This document shows positions 22,561-35,379 of a DNA stretch of 52,299 nucleotides, piece after piece. The number at the start of each line of letters is the position of its first letter. Position 1 is the stretch's first letter. The DNA comes from Chara braunii. Its lineage: Eukaryota > Plantae > Charophyceae. Below the pieces are notes generated by a model. The model ran no database searches, was not told where the DNA came from, and saw only the letters and a program-made list of their open reading frames with translations. Made by a program: the position numbers and the translations under genes. The stretch covers positions 2,465,029 through 2,517,327 of the forward strand of contig BFEA01000015.1 of NCBI GenBank assembly GCA_003427395.1, written 5' to 3'.

Positions 22561-23440
22561 GGAGCGACGTATAACATCAAATAAATGTTTAGCCAACTCC
22601 TATACAATTTAATTTGGACTGCGATTGATTGGTTGCTCGATTTGTATGATCGGGATTGAGTGTAAAAATGAGAGAGAAGGGAGCATCCTTCACAAGGAAG
22701 GCAGACAACGAATGGTAGATGAAGGTAAAATTTGGAAAAATTAGAGCTACAGTGAAGTTTGATGTCGGTCACACACACCTGGTTGCGTCTGGGAGGTTGA
22801 TCCAATAAAATATCGAGATACCAATGGGGAAAAGCAGTAGTCCCCCATTTGCGTGCATTCCATATGCAATGAATGATTATCAGTTTCTGGCAAGTCTGGG
22901 TCGAGATAGGGATCTAGTGAGAGGCATAAGGCTTATTGATAATGTCTCCATCTTCATCGGATGCCCGGTGAGGAATGGAGAAATGAGACGACGAAGAGTT
23001 TTGAAAAAAATTGAGTCCGCGTATGACAAGCGGGGGACGTTGACGTGGACATACGAAGGGACGGACACGTGGGAATTTTTGGGAACAAGAGTGAATATTC
23101 GAGGGAATAATGTAAGTAACCAAAGTTATCCGAAGAATTATAGGTTTGTGGGGAAGAGGAGTTTAATTTTCAGACTGTGCAAGACTTCGACTTGTCTTTT
23201 GTAGTACGAAACAAAAGGTAGCAATTACCAGCACGTTCATGCTGCATTGAATAAAATGAATGACATCTTCGTACGACTTGGTCGTGATCGCGCTCGCTAA
23301 ACCTGAAGAGGCTGCTCCGGTTGCAGGACTACCCAGCGGAACTTCTCAATGGTTATCTATGGAGTTGTGTACGGCAGCGGGCCCCCTCGTGGGAGGGGTG
23401 GGGGAAACAACTAGGGGTTGGTAATACCGAAGGAATATTG
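22561..23440 (+). pseudogene. Penelope-like reverse transcriptase remnant (stops and frameshifts); the element probably extends further 5'
   Basis: ATYNIK*MFSQL..IWTAIDWLL, FDVGHTHLVASGRLIQ*NIEIPMGKSSSPPFACI, GIRLIDNV and WEFLG are RT core motifs; homologous to the remnant at 16350-16958. Confidence 0.7.
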
Positions 23441-23567
23441 GAAACGAGCCCGAAAGAGTGACATTTAAAAATAATAATAAATAAAAAATTGGCCCAGTGC
23501 TCAAAGTTGGGGTCGGGGTCCTCATAGTCTACCCGGAGTGACTGAACCAAAAATGCTAATAACTGAG

Positions 23568-23987
23568 TTTAGCGTCCCCCATATGATGATGATCATCATG
23601 GTCATGATAATGAACTTTTGTTGATTCTATGAAAATTGTGAGATAATAATACTACTAATCTTGATGCTAATGATGCTGGGGATTAGTACGTATGATGTAT
23701 TAGCAAATTTGACCTTCTAATTTTATAACAACTACTAGCTTTCCCTGTACCAGGATATTGCATCTTAGAGACAATGTCATCGTAGTCAACGTCAACCATA
23801 ACTGATCTGTTCTCGCCACCTAGACTAACCCTGAACCCATAGGTTGTCAAGGCAGGCCCCCCCAGTTCGCCACTGGATTGCCTGCCTCCCTCAACAAATC
23901 CCCAGGCCTCTCTACAAGGCCTCACATTCCTGCAATTTGCAGGTTACAGACCAACGCCCCAACTCCAACCAGCGTCGTTCTGGCATT
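23568..23987. repeat. Dispersed ~420-bp repeat, copy 2
   Basis: Colinear with 1924-2371. Confidence 0.8.
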
Positions 23988-25044
23988 AGTAAACCAGGGG
24001 TTCAGAACAAAGCAACTTTACAAATATCAGCCCGGATTCGGCCATCACCGAAAATCCTATATTCTGAATGAGGAAGAAGATAAGATGCCGCCAACTTAAA
24101 GAATTTCATAACACCAGAAAGCTTGACATGTCATTATTGATTAATTTCTATTTGAAAAATACAACAAATCCCCCACCCTCGTTCCTCCTTTCCTCCTTGT
24201 TCCCTTGTTGCCTCCGCCAAAAAAAATGTTCATAATGTAAGCAACCATATCTGCCCCAACTGTGAATAGTCTTCACTCTCCTCCCTTCCAACCTTGGAGG
24301 CATCAAATTCTCACCCAAAGTATGCCTCTGTCTCTCCCTTACCCTAATCCTCCCCCGCTGGAATTATTATCCAGCCCCATAAAATAGTATCTCTCACAAC
24401 TCCGCTCATACTCTCTTCAAGGCATGCACTACCCACCTTGTGACACCTCTGCAAAGCAGAGTTCCCCCCTCCATAATCATCCAATAGAAATCATCAAGAA
24501 ATTACATACCCACGAAAAAGAGAAGATAAATATGAACTGGAGTATTATGAAAGATATACGTAATACGATTGGTAAATTAAGAAGAAACCTATGATGTGAA
24601 ATCAAATTGGAACTACAGGATAAGATTAACCTTGATTAACCTTGTTTATAGTAGTAAGTAGCATTTACATTCTAATGGGATTTATCACATAGAGAGAGAG
24701 TTGCTTCATCTCTGGATATGGTGGAGTAATGAGTCCAAGTTCATAAGAAAACATCCACTGCAGAAGGACACCTGGTGGGCGATAGTGGGCTGGCGGTGTA
24801 GAAAGATGCTGACCTGGGCCGCATCGTTTCCACTTTTGCAACTTTCATGATCTGACACTCACACCTTTTCTTTCCCCCGCTCACGACTGTGCCAATAGCC
24901 GTCCTTCAAGTGTCCGCCCCCTAAAAGGCATGCCTAACATTTTATAGACCCTTCCAACGACCAATATCGTACCAACGACTAGTATAACAAAGGACGACGA
25001 AAATGACTCAGGGGTATAAAATGCAACCCTGACAGGCTACAGAC

Positions 25045-25430
25045 TCTCTTCTAGTCACTCCCTCAGTTGTTTGGTTAGTGAGAAGGGGAATGGATATTGA
25101 GATGGGGTGTCCAAGGTGCAGGTGGCCTATCGAATCCACCAGGCACCTATGGTGGGATTGCCCATCCTCTAAGAGAGTTTGGAAGTGGTGGGCACAACAC
25201 TAAAGAGAGTTTGGAGGCAAAGGGGTGGGATGGAATGAGAAGTGGGTGTTGTTTGGTCTCCTTTTGTTTGGAGTATGAGGACACCGTGAATGGGCCTATG
25301 TAGCGCACGTAATCTGAGGATTGATGTGTGAGGCAATATGGAGGGACAAGAACAAGGCAGGGTTTCAAAAACATCCTTCAAGTTTCTTAGACCTGGGGAT
25401 CAAATGTCATATAAAGAGCGGATTGAAACA
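25045..25430 (+). pseudogene. LINE ORF2 C-terminal fragment (zf-RVT)
   Basis: SLLVTPSVVWLVRRGMDIEMGCPRCRWPIESTRHLWWDCPSSKRVWKWW aligns with SLLATPSAVNLAQRGLKVELACKRCNWVFESTVHLLYDCPASKIIWDWW at ~31168-31314. Confidence 0.8.
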
Positions 25431-25905
25431 ACTCTGATGGTTTCTTCACACATGGGCGACAAACCACCATTGTTCAGAAAGAAAAGAGTCTGATTATGTC
25501 GCCTTGGGTCTCAAACTTAAACAGATTTCTGCAGTAAACAACAAAATACCTCTCTGACTTCGATCTTTCCCATCCCTGCAGTAATCTCTTGATCTCCCTG
25601 AAATATGAGATCCCTTGTATCTAAACTGTTCTTATTCTGTCTCCTTCTCTTCCAATATGATGCTCTTCCCTTTCTCATTGAGTCCCACTGTAGATCTTAG
25701 AGATAGTGAAACACAGCCCGTCGGATCAGGGCACTTTGTCCCAGGGCCTTAGGTAGTTAGAGTGCCTAGTACTAACCAGGGCACTCGGTTTCTAGGATCG
25801 CAATGGGCCGGTAGGAGAGTGTCGGTAGCAATGGACCTTGGTGCTCTGGCCGTGTTAGTCCTGGACTAGTTAGGCAACTTGATTATAAAAAAAATTGTTG
25901 CTTAA

Positions 25906-26061
25906 GCCGCTGGTACACGGCCCCAACCTTATTGAAAAGAAACTTGTCACCTATCTGAAAAAGTTGGCATTGACGCCGTCGATAAAAGAAATTTGCGGTC
26001 GACGTTGCGTTTCAGCCCTCTGACACGACTCCACGACTGATATGAGACGTGTACTGGTGGT
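25906..26061. mobile_element. Small degenerate member of the TTAA/ACCACCAGTAC family
   Basis: TTAA|GCCGCTGGTACACGG ... ACGTGTACTGGTGGT|TCAA. Confidence 0.55.
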
Positions 26062-26377
26062 TCAAAAGTTGAAAAATGTTGGTTAGCTCTCATGGCAGTG
26101 GGTCGGTAGACAGTCTATGGGTCTTGCTGCACTATGCGTGAATCTCGAAGATTCAAGCGTGCATCATCATTGCACAAACTCTTAACGCCGAACCTCGGAA
26201 CTCCTTTCAGGAGTTGTCAGATTCACTCTCGAAGATTCATCGAGAGTGCATCATCGTTGCACTAACTTTGGAAACCTACTCTTTGAAAGAGTTTTCATTG
26301 AAGCATTTGGTTTCGGACTAGCTTGGACCATATAATCCAACCATGAAATAATCTCGATAGGTACGCTGGATGGTTTA

Positions 26378-26655
26378 GACTTAGCATAGGTAAGACAGTG
26401 CCTATGATGGCTCTGAGGAAACATTCGGTTTGGGGTTAGCCTTGAGTGGCACACAGGCTGGTCTAAAGTTGACTTAGGTAGGACAATTCCTATAGTGGCT
26501 CTATGGAAACATTCGGTTCCAGATTGGCCCAGAGTGGCACTCATACCAATTGTAACATCATCCCAATAGGCACCCAGACTGGTCTATAATTGACTTAGGT
26601 AAGACATTGCCTAGGGTGGTTTCGTGGAAACATTCGGTTTTGGACTGGCCTGGGA
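26378..26655. repeat. Three ~90-120-bp tandem monomers upstream of the LINE
   Basis: GACTTAG..GTA.GACA.T.CCTA...TGG.T....GGAAACATTCGGTT repeated three times. Confidence 0.75.
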
Positions 26656-27924
26656 TCGTAACTCATGACTAATAATAAGCAACTGAGGGTGCAAGGGAGG
26701 ATAGGACGAAAATCTTCTCCGACAGGAATCATCCCTGCGGTGAACTAATACGAGTTACGGAATCAATAACCTTGACCCCTCAGCATGAACAATGATACGA
26801 AAATAATAGTAGGCTATGCTAGGAATATGGTGCCCGGGTTGGGTCAGAAGGATTGTCTCAGGTAAGACCTTGGTCAGGGTAGAACCAGTAGACACTGCCC
26901 AGGAAAGGTTCTAAGGAATATTCGTTGTCTGACCAATTTGGGTTGGTGCTCATAGGAAAAAAAACAAAGAACGATCATGCTTGGCGATCGAAGTGCTCGT
27001 GCGACAAGGCTCGCTCGATAGTGCTTCAACTAGGGCTGGGAGCTTCAACTAGAGTTGGGAGAGGTTCGTCCTGGCCTAACACTGGTGTCTGCAACCATTG
27101 TCCGGTATACCCGAAATAGGGCCAACCAAGTGGCCCTGTAGATGCGGAAGCAGTCGTTACGCTAAGGAAGCTGAAAGATGAGGTAGGTAGGGGTGGGTCA
27201 TGTGAGCAAAAAAAAAAAAAAAAAAAAAAAAAANNNNNNNNNNNNNNNNNNNNNNNNNNNNNNNNNNNNNNNNNNNNNNNNNNNNNNNNNNNNAAAAAAA
27301 AAAAAAGGTTCAAGCAGTCTCAGAAATAGATCCTCGCACTCTGGATCGACTGCCTTGTCGAGCCTGAGAGACCAATCAGTCATGGAGATGAGACTTTTTT
27401 CCCTAATGTGTGTCGTTGTGAGGAATTCCTTCCGGCTAGTCTCTTGGCTAGGGATGGACGGTCGTCTTGTGCTGTTTAACAATATCTATCTTCAATCTCC
27501 TATGCCAATCGCTTCTGAAAGTTTGGCTCGTAACCTATTTTATAATCGATTTTCTTTCCTAAGCATTATTGCGGAGACTGCGATGCCAAAGTTTCTCATA
27601 GATGTTGACGGTAAACGAGTCAATTTTTTTGGTCCCCTATTTGATGTTCGCTTTCTCCATGACCAGCTCAAGCAATTGAAGCAAAGCGGACTGCAGTTGA
27701 TTCTGTTGTCCTGGTTTTTGGAAGCCAGGAAGGCGGAGCTGTGCTGAGTCAACCTTTCCTCCAATTTAACTGCAAAATTTATGTATGAATTGAGCTCGAA
27801 ACTCGACAAAGACAATAAGTTAGACTCTCTATTCTTCAAAAGCAAGCTCTAATCGAGCCATGGCCAGTCGTGGCTGCCTCATCTGCATGACCTTCCCAGA
27901 TCCAGTTGACCGGGACACCCAGCC

Positions 27925-30900
27925 ATGATGGGCAGGCTTAAAATCGCCACGTGGAATATTTGCGGTTTAGGAGATTCGTCGGGTCGTAATAAGAAAATGT
28001 ATGAAGCTAAGTTAACAAAATTAGGAGCGTGGTGGGATGACCCAAAATTATGGGCGTCTGCGAGGGGTTCGAAAAAAGGAGTTGCTATATTGATTCATCG
28101 AGATTTGGGTGTGGAAATAGTGATTTTTTTTGCTGATTTGTGGGAAAGATGGGTGTGGGTTACCATGATGGGTCAATTATTTGCTTTATTCGTATTAACT
28201 GTAGCTGCTGCAGAATCTGCTATTCGGCTCGCTATTCTTGTTATTACTTTTCGAATTCGTGGCTCCTTGGATTGTTTTGATATGGTTTGAGGTAGTAGTG
28301 ATGTGAAAATTATGACGGAGGTAATGTATGACTTAGACCTAATAGAACCTTTCAGTTTGCTACACCCTGGCAAACCAGGGTATACATGGTTCTCTAATAT
28401 TCGTAAGGGAAAAGAGAGTACATGCAAAAAACTATTTTTTTTCTCCTGTCAACTGCTGCATGGCATGCCACTGTCGACCTAAATGTAGATACTCAAAACC
28501 TCTCTGATCACAAAGCATTTATCGCCACCTTTACCTCCTGTAAGTTGGAAAGAGGTCATGACTATTTCAGAGTCAACACTCAGATAATACAAGAATCTGA
28601 CATCAGGGATTAGATGAGTCGTTTCTGGGAAGGGTGGGAACACAATTCGGACCCTTTCACCACCAAAGATGCTTGGTGGGATATTGTGTCCTGATTTTTT
28701 TCTAAACATCTAAGTATTTTCTCACGAATATTATCCGCATGGAGGAAAAAGCATGATATTACTACCGATTTTTTGGAAGAATCAGATCACTAGTCTCAGT
28801 TTTCAGCTAGGCTGTCAACTCAAGGGAAACTAGATTTAGACCGACCTGTTACAATTGAGGAGGCTTGAGAAGCATTAAGTTCGATGGCTAAAGGGAAAGC
28901 CCCAGGTGATGATGGCTTACCAGTGAAGGTCTATCCGATGATTTGGGATTCTGTTAGGAAAATTTTAGTTGATATTTATAACCAGGTATTACTGAGAGGC
29001 AACCTATCGACAGGAATGAGGAATGGTATCATCTCGCTCCTATACAGGAAGGGGGACCGATCTGAGATTATAAATTGACGTTCGATTTCAGTTCTCGGTG
29101 TGTTATATAAATTATTGACAAAAATTTTAGCCAGATGCCTTGGACGATATTTACCTGCCTTGATTGCCAATGACCAAGCAACCTTTGTGCAGGGCCGTTC
29201 AATATTTGATAATATTGTAACGACCATTAAAGCACTTGAATTGGTTGAAAAAAACAACGCAAATGTTTCAGTCCTTATGTTGGATCTGAAAAAAACCTAT
29301 AACCACGTTAATTGGACTTCTGTCCTGACAACTTTGAGACATATAGGATTTTGGGAAAACATCTGTAATTAGGTTGTGGCATTATACTCTCAATCTACAG
29401 CGTATGTTATGGTCAATGGTAATATTTCAGGGCCTTTCTCACTCACTAGATCACTACGTAAGGGTTGTTTCCTGACCCTTCTATTATTTGTGATACCGAT
29501 GGAAAACATGTTATGTAACATTCGGGCTCACCCTCAGATCAAGGGGCTCAGTACGGGTCAAACCCAATGTAAGGTGAAGGTCCTTGCGGATAATGTTTTT
29601 GCCATCTCGTAAAATTCGGTCTCCTCAATGAATGTCTTGGAGGGCTGCTTAGACGAATATTTGTCTTTATCTGAAACATCTGTTAACTGGGCTAAACTTA
29701 TTTTGTTCCTCAATAGCTCCTTTTCTCCCTCGATGGGCTGGGGTATGAAACTCATAAAGGCCAGTAACTCTGGGCGTTTCCTTGGGGTGCAGGTTTTCCT
29801 ACTTTCATGTAAAGTAGATCAGGAGGGTATTCTGCTACAGTGAACACTACAGAGGGCGTCCACGTGGGGAAAAGTCCCTCAGCTGTCTATCTACGATAGG
29901 GTAATGGTGGTCAATGGTGTTTTTTTTGCCTTGCTTTGGTTTGTGGCTGTCGTTAGACCCTTAGGAAAACATCTGTGTGGTTTGATCCGCATAAGAGCCG
30001 CCAAATTTATTTGGAAACCCTTTGCAAGGGATAATGAGGGTTTCGTGTCAAAAGTTGTCTGCGATATGCTCTGTTTCTCAAAGGCGGAAGAGAGCTTAAG
30101 GCTAATAGACCCCCAGTGGAAAGTACAACCATGCTTGTCCGCTGGATCATGAAGGCCACTTGCTCCTCTGAGGAGGCACAATGGATCCTAATGGCTGGAT
30201 CGATCCTCGCTTTAGAATGGAATCTTCAGAGGCCTTATGATATCTGGACCTGCTTTTTATTGACCTCATACCAGAACCGTGTGATCAAATCGGAATTTAG
30301 AAAAGCTATACTATTTGTTTGGCGACCGTTGAAGTCAAACTCTTAGCTTCTACTATTGACCAAGGACGAGGTTCTCTTACAATCCTTATTTGAGAATCCA
30401 CATATTCGTAAATCAGATGGTAGCTGGTTTGCTCCAGATACTGCTCGCAGTAACCTTGGGAGAAAATGGATTGAAAAAGGTGTTCTCCGTATTGTGGATA
30501 TCTGGAACACCTTGGAAAATCAATGGGTCTCTCCCTCGGCTATTAGGGTAAAGTTGGGTAAAGTCTGGTACGTAGAAGAACGTCTGGCTAAACTCGTTAA
30601 TGCTATCCCGGAACAATGGAAACTCATCCTCAGCCAAGAAGGCGTTGATCCTCCTGGTGCGTGGTACATTGCTCAGACTCAAAAAGACACTTCTGCTTTT
30701 TAGAAACTGGTGGAAATCAATCTCTCGGGTAAAAGGGAATTTCAGTGTTGGGAGGGAACAAACTCCAAGGAACCAATCTTTCTTGTGTAGATAGAGAGTT
30801 TTCACACCCCCCCTTCGCTGCTAGGCTTGCCCGGATAAGGGTGTGGGAGACATGTGATGATGATGGTAATTGGACTTGTAAAGTTCACGCACTTGGAAAC

Positions 30901-31715
30901 CCTATTTCAGAGCTAAGACTGGATCCTAATCTGAGGGGTTGGAAGGGGAAAGGTCAAGAACGGGAGGATCGGGCGTTGGCATTCTATACGGTAGCACAGG
31001 GGTATGAAACTCAGTTGGTTGGATGCACCCCACTGGAGGTAGCCACAACAAGATGGAGCCAAGTATTACCCTGTGGCAAGGATAGGGTAGAAATTGCGCT
31101 AACTCGATGTCGGAAACAGTTAGCCAATGCTCCTAGTCCTTGCATAGCTGTGAATTTATGGCTGGTTTCTCTATTGGCCACTCCATCCGCAGTTAACTTA
31201 GCCCAGAGGGGGCTCAAAGTGGAACTGGCCTGCAAAAGATGTAATTGGGTCTTTGAGTCCACTGTGCATCTTTTGTACGATTGTCCTGCTTCTAAAATAA
31301 TTTGGGATTGGTGGCAAGTTTTTGGGGGGTCGACTTCAAATAATCGATTGATTTGGGACCGGGATTGAGTTATTTTGGGGGGACTCTCGAACCACTTTGA
31401 CATAGAGAGGGGACGAGGCTACATAGCTCAAGCGGCGCCCACGGTTGGATGTGAGGTGATTTGGAAGGAACAGAACCGACGAGTATTTGGCAACCGAGAA
31501 ATGACGAACAAGGAAATCAGACAATTGTTTAAGTCCTCCCTACGTCGCCTCATTCGGGCAGATTGGTGAAGGAAAGGCAGAGGGAACTCCGTCGGTGGTT
31601 TGAGGAAACTTGGGGTTTGGGTGGTAAGTTAGTGACACAAACAGATGGAAGGCTAGTTTTCAATAAATGGTTCTCAGACAAAGACAATTGTGAGCCTAGG
31701 GCGTGTAAAGAGTAA
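27925..31715 (+). mobile_element. Decayed L1/Tx1-type LINE ORF2 (APE endonuclease, RT, zf-RVT); probable ORF1 remnant just upstream (~27300-27900)
   Basis: EN: [32 protein letters not shown]: KGKAPGDDGLP, RSISVL..YKLLTKILA, QATFVQGRSIFDNI, LDLKKTYNHVNW, RSLRKGC, VLADN, RFLGV. zf-RVT: CxxC...H...C. Many stops and deletions. Confidence 0.9.
28165..28263 (+). pseudogene. nad4L: NUMT: C-terminal fragment of mitochondrial nad4L inserted in the LINE endonuclease
   Basis: [33 protein letters not shown] matches the plant mitochondrial Nad4L C-terminal half (AAAESAIGLAI with one G>R change); AT-rich, organelle-like codons. Confidence 0.9.
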
Positions 31716-32304
31716 ATGCTTATGGTCGGGTAATTGAAGACTTGGAAGTTTGGGCAGTTAGTTGACTGGATTGGTTCCTTTAGGTTGTTTGATAAACCTG
31801 GGTGCTCGGTTTCTCTCTCCGCAGGAGGAGGGCAGGGGGATAGGTTGGTGGAGGGAGTGCTTGGTGGTTCATGAGGTCTCAATGGGGTCCTACTGTCGCT
31901 TTAGACGGTGTCATTTTTGAAGATAGGATATACTTAGAGGTGGATTCTAAGTTTGTGCCTAGTTATTGTGGGATTGTTTGGCTTTTAAGGCTTGTGCAAA
32001 CTGTTTGCTAGGAATGGGGTTTCAGGACAGCAGTCTAGATTTGGCCTTTTTTGTGCCTAGATATTCCCCACTCCTATATTTCGTGTTGAATTGTGAGGTC
32101 CCTGACCTTTCTTTTTGAGATCCACCAGTACCTCTCCCAACTTGAAAAAGTTGACGCGGCCGCTTTAATGGTCGCGTTGGCCGGGGTACCCACCGATGTG
32201 TGACCGGTAGTCCCAAAAAAACAGGCAAAAAAAAAAAAAAAACCCGATAAAAATGTAAAGTAACAAACGAAAAAGAAAGGGTGCGGCAGGGGGGGACATT
32301 TTTT

Positions 32305-32439
32305 AGGGCAAATTTTAGGGCTTTTCGAGAGAGGGCAAATTTTAGGGCTTTTCGAGAGAGGGCAAATTTTAGGGCTTTTCGAGAGAGGGCAAATTTTAGG
32401 GCTTTTCGAGAGAGGGCAAATTTTAGGGCTTTTCGAGAG
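32305..32439. repeat. Five perfect 27-bp tandem repeats (AGGGCAAATTTTAGGGCTTTTCGAGAG)
   Basis: Directly visible; no spacers between units. Confidence 0.95.
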
Positions 32440-32705
32440 TCTGACAACTCTAGAAGGGCGCTTGGAGATTTTCGTGTGTCAAGCGTAGCGCACCGAGGCC
32501 CTATTCCAGAACTGAAAAACTGAGTTTCAGGAAGGTAAGCATGCTAGGGGAAATTGTCCATCCGGGAAAGTCGGTCCGTAGCTTCGACTTTTCGCAGGCG
32601 AACGCATCTATTACTATTCATAGTATCGGACGCGTCTGGCCACTAAATGCGGGAACATGCACTCGTCCTTTTTCCGTTTCGACATTGGTGTTGCGAGGCC
32701 CGAGA

Positions 32706-33190
32706 TTTTGCTTGTCTTTCAACGACTCAGCGCGCCGCTCTGAGCAGTTGAATGCAGTCGTGTCCAAGCTATCGGGCCTCTCGCAGTGGGCTTTGCTTGT
32801 CTTTCAACGACTCAGCGCGCCGCTCTGAGCAGTTGAATGCAGCCGTGTCCAAGCTATCGGGCCTCTCGCTCCACTACTCGCGACATGCAGAAAAGACAAA
32901 AAAATAAGGCGGTGTATTTTTCCGTAAGATTCATTTCCCTTTTGCCCAATTCGTGACTACGGTACTCGACCGCGCCCATTCGTCACGGCTGTGCATATCG
33001 AAATTTTCTCGTTCAACTGCTCAGCGCGCCCAGCTGGTTTTCATTTTTCAACTTCTCAGCGCGCCCAGCTGGTTTTCATTTTCAACTCCTACTCAGCGCG
33101 CCCAGCTGGTTTTCATTTTCAACTCCTCAGCGCGCCCAGCTGGTTTACATTGTCAACTACTACTCAGCACGCCCAGCTGGTTGTCATTCA
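32706..33190. repeat. ~84-bp duplication, a degenerate GGGCCTC MITE (32859-32977) and five ~36-bp CTCAGCGCGCCCAGCTGG repeats
   Basis: Directly visible tandem units. Confidence 0.8.
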
Positions 33191-33734
33191 ATTGAGCGCG
33201 GGCTCGATGACCCGGAAAGGAGGGGCGCGGCTAACAGACAGCGAACGTGGTAGCCATGGTCGTCACAGCCGCCATAGCTGAAGGTAAATCTTCGGCACCC
33301 CGCTAAATTATCTGCTACTCTCGGCCGTCTCAGGTTTTTCGCTGCCTGGTAGTGTGTCTCAGCATTTTACATTAAAAAAAAATCAACCATCACTAGGACT
33401 CTTCGGCACGGATGGATCTGACCGAGCGTAGGGGACGATCTGTTTGAAAATGTTATAGTGCCGCGGCAGTGCGGGTATTCCTTGATTTCCCTTTCTTCTC
33501 CGACGTGCATTGTTCCTTGTGCTCTGAATTCGGTCGCCGTTTCTCGTTGGTGTCGGCTTTTCTTGGCAGTGATGAGGCACGATGAGAAAGGTTGTATGAA
33601 GTGGGTGGAACGTGTGTGTGTGTGATTTCTTCTTTTATATTCGAGAGTCTCTGTCTCAGTGCTGATTGTCGGTCGTCTATTGCGGAAAATCCCAATTAGT
33701 CAGCTTAGTCCATGTAATATGATGTCAACTGCAG

Positions 33735-33785
<51 letters not shown>

Positions 33786-34185
33786 CCTTACCTGAAGTCT
33801 GCGAGTCTTTCTCTCTCTCGCGCGCGCGACCATATGGTCGCTGCTTCCGTCTTCTGTGCACTTGTGGTCGAGTCTTGCGCTTTGAGAAATGAGCAGTCCG
33901 TAAATCATCTTCAATGTCGATCGTCATTGGGAGTTGCCGAAGTGCGTGCATCGGAGTTCGCCGAAGTGCTCATTTTTGCGCTGATCGCTCGGTATCCATC
34001 CTCTCTCATATGGTCGCTGCTCTCATCTTTCATGCATTTGGAGGTCGGTCCTGCGTGTTGAAAAATGAGCCATCCGGAGATCATTCTACATTTCCATGCT
34101 CACAGGGAGCTGCCAAACTGCTCGCGCGGAAGATCGTGGAACTGTTTGTTTGCTGGGCAAGCAGATAATCATAAACAAACAGAAA

Positions 34186-34278
<93 letters not shown>

Positions 34279-35379
34279 NNNNNNNNNNNNNNNNNNNNNN
34301 NNNNNNNNNNNNNNNNNNNNNNNNNNNNNNNNNNNNNNNNNNNNNNNNNNNNNNNNNNNNNNNNNNNNNNNNNNNNNNNNNNNGTCACAAAGGAATCAGG
34401 AAAACTACAGCTAAAAAGCGAGGTGTAAAGTTAACATTCTTACCTCTCTCTCTCTCTCTCGACTTGGCAGAGGCAGCTCCTGTGGGCTCAACCAACGATA
34501 GTCCCGAGTGGGATCCAAAAGGAAAGCCTACAGTTAGGGCGGTTGAGGTTGAGAGGAGGGGAGATGAAGAAAGCGGAGCTCGCCGTCTGAGGATAGGACC
34601 GTGGATGGTCAGATTGCGGGAGGAGGCCGCATTGGGGGGAGGCTTATGAGAATAGCTGGTGGGAGGGGATATCGGGAGAGGATGTCGAGGATGTCAAAAG
34701 GGGGGGATTTGGGGAAGGAGGGGGGAGGAGGGAGGGGAGAGGGTAAGCGGATGGAAAGGCAGCAGCAGGATAGAGAAAGATGCGAGGGAGTTTTGGGGAA
34801 AGGGGGGGAGGGATTGATCTGAAGACGGGGCAGAGCAAGGAGGAGAGTGTTGAGAGGAACTCGAGGAGTTGCTTTCGATTTGTTTGTAAACTAACTGATG
34901 CTCCACTATTTTAGGCCAGTGAGACAATCTAAAGGCCAGGATGTAAATTGGCATAGCCTTCTTATGTGGGTCAACTCATGAGGGCAGGGAAGATCGCGAT
35001 GGGTGATCAATCGTCTTCCACATCTTCCACCTCTTCCACCAGATCATGTTCCTCCCCCTTGTGCCGTTCTTTGCTCGATGAGTCCGTTCCCCTCCTCCTC
35101 CTCCTCGTCCTCCTCTCCCTCCTCCTCTTCGTGGCGTTGTGATCGATGTGGCCATGCCCCTCCCCTTCGTCTCCCTCTCCTTCCACAACGGCGTCCTGTG
35201 GTCGATACGTCCATGCCCCTTCACCTCCTCCGCCTCCTCCGCCTTAACCACCCCGTCTTGCTTCCCGATGTCATCCTTTTCATCCCCGTCCTCCAGCAGG
35301 AATGCAAACAATCTTTCTCTTCCCCCTCCTCCACCTCCTGCTCCCCGGGAATGCATGGACGTACGGATGGAGGGAGGGA

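Noticed and set aside
27925-28290. Intact nad4L gene or functional EN-Nad4L fusion protein
   Set aside because: Only ~33 codons of nad4L are present, and the host LINE frame has deletions and stops shortly after.
32305-33190. 27-bp and 36-bp repeat arrays as possible CRISPR
   Set aside because: Units are contiguous with no unique spacers, no cas genes are present, and the context is eukaryotic.
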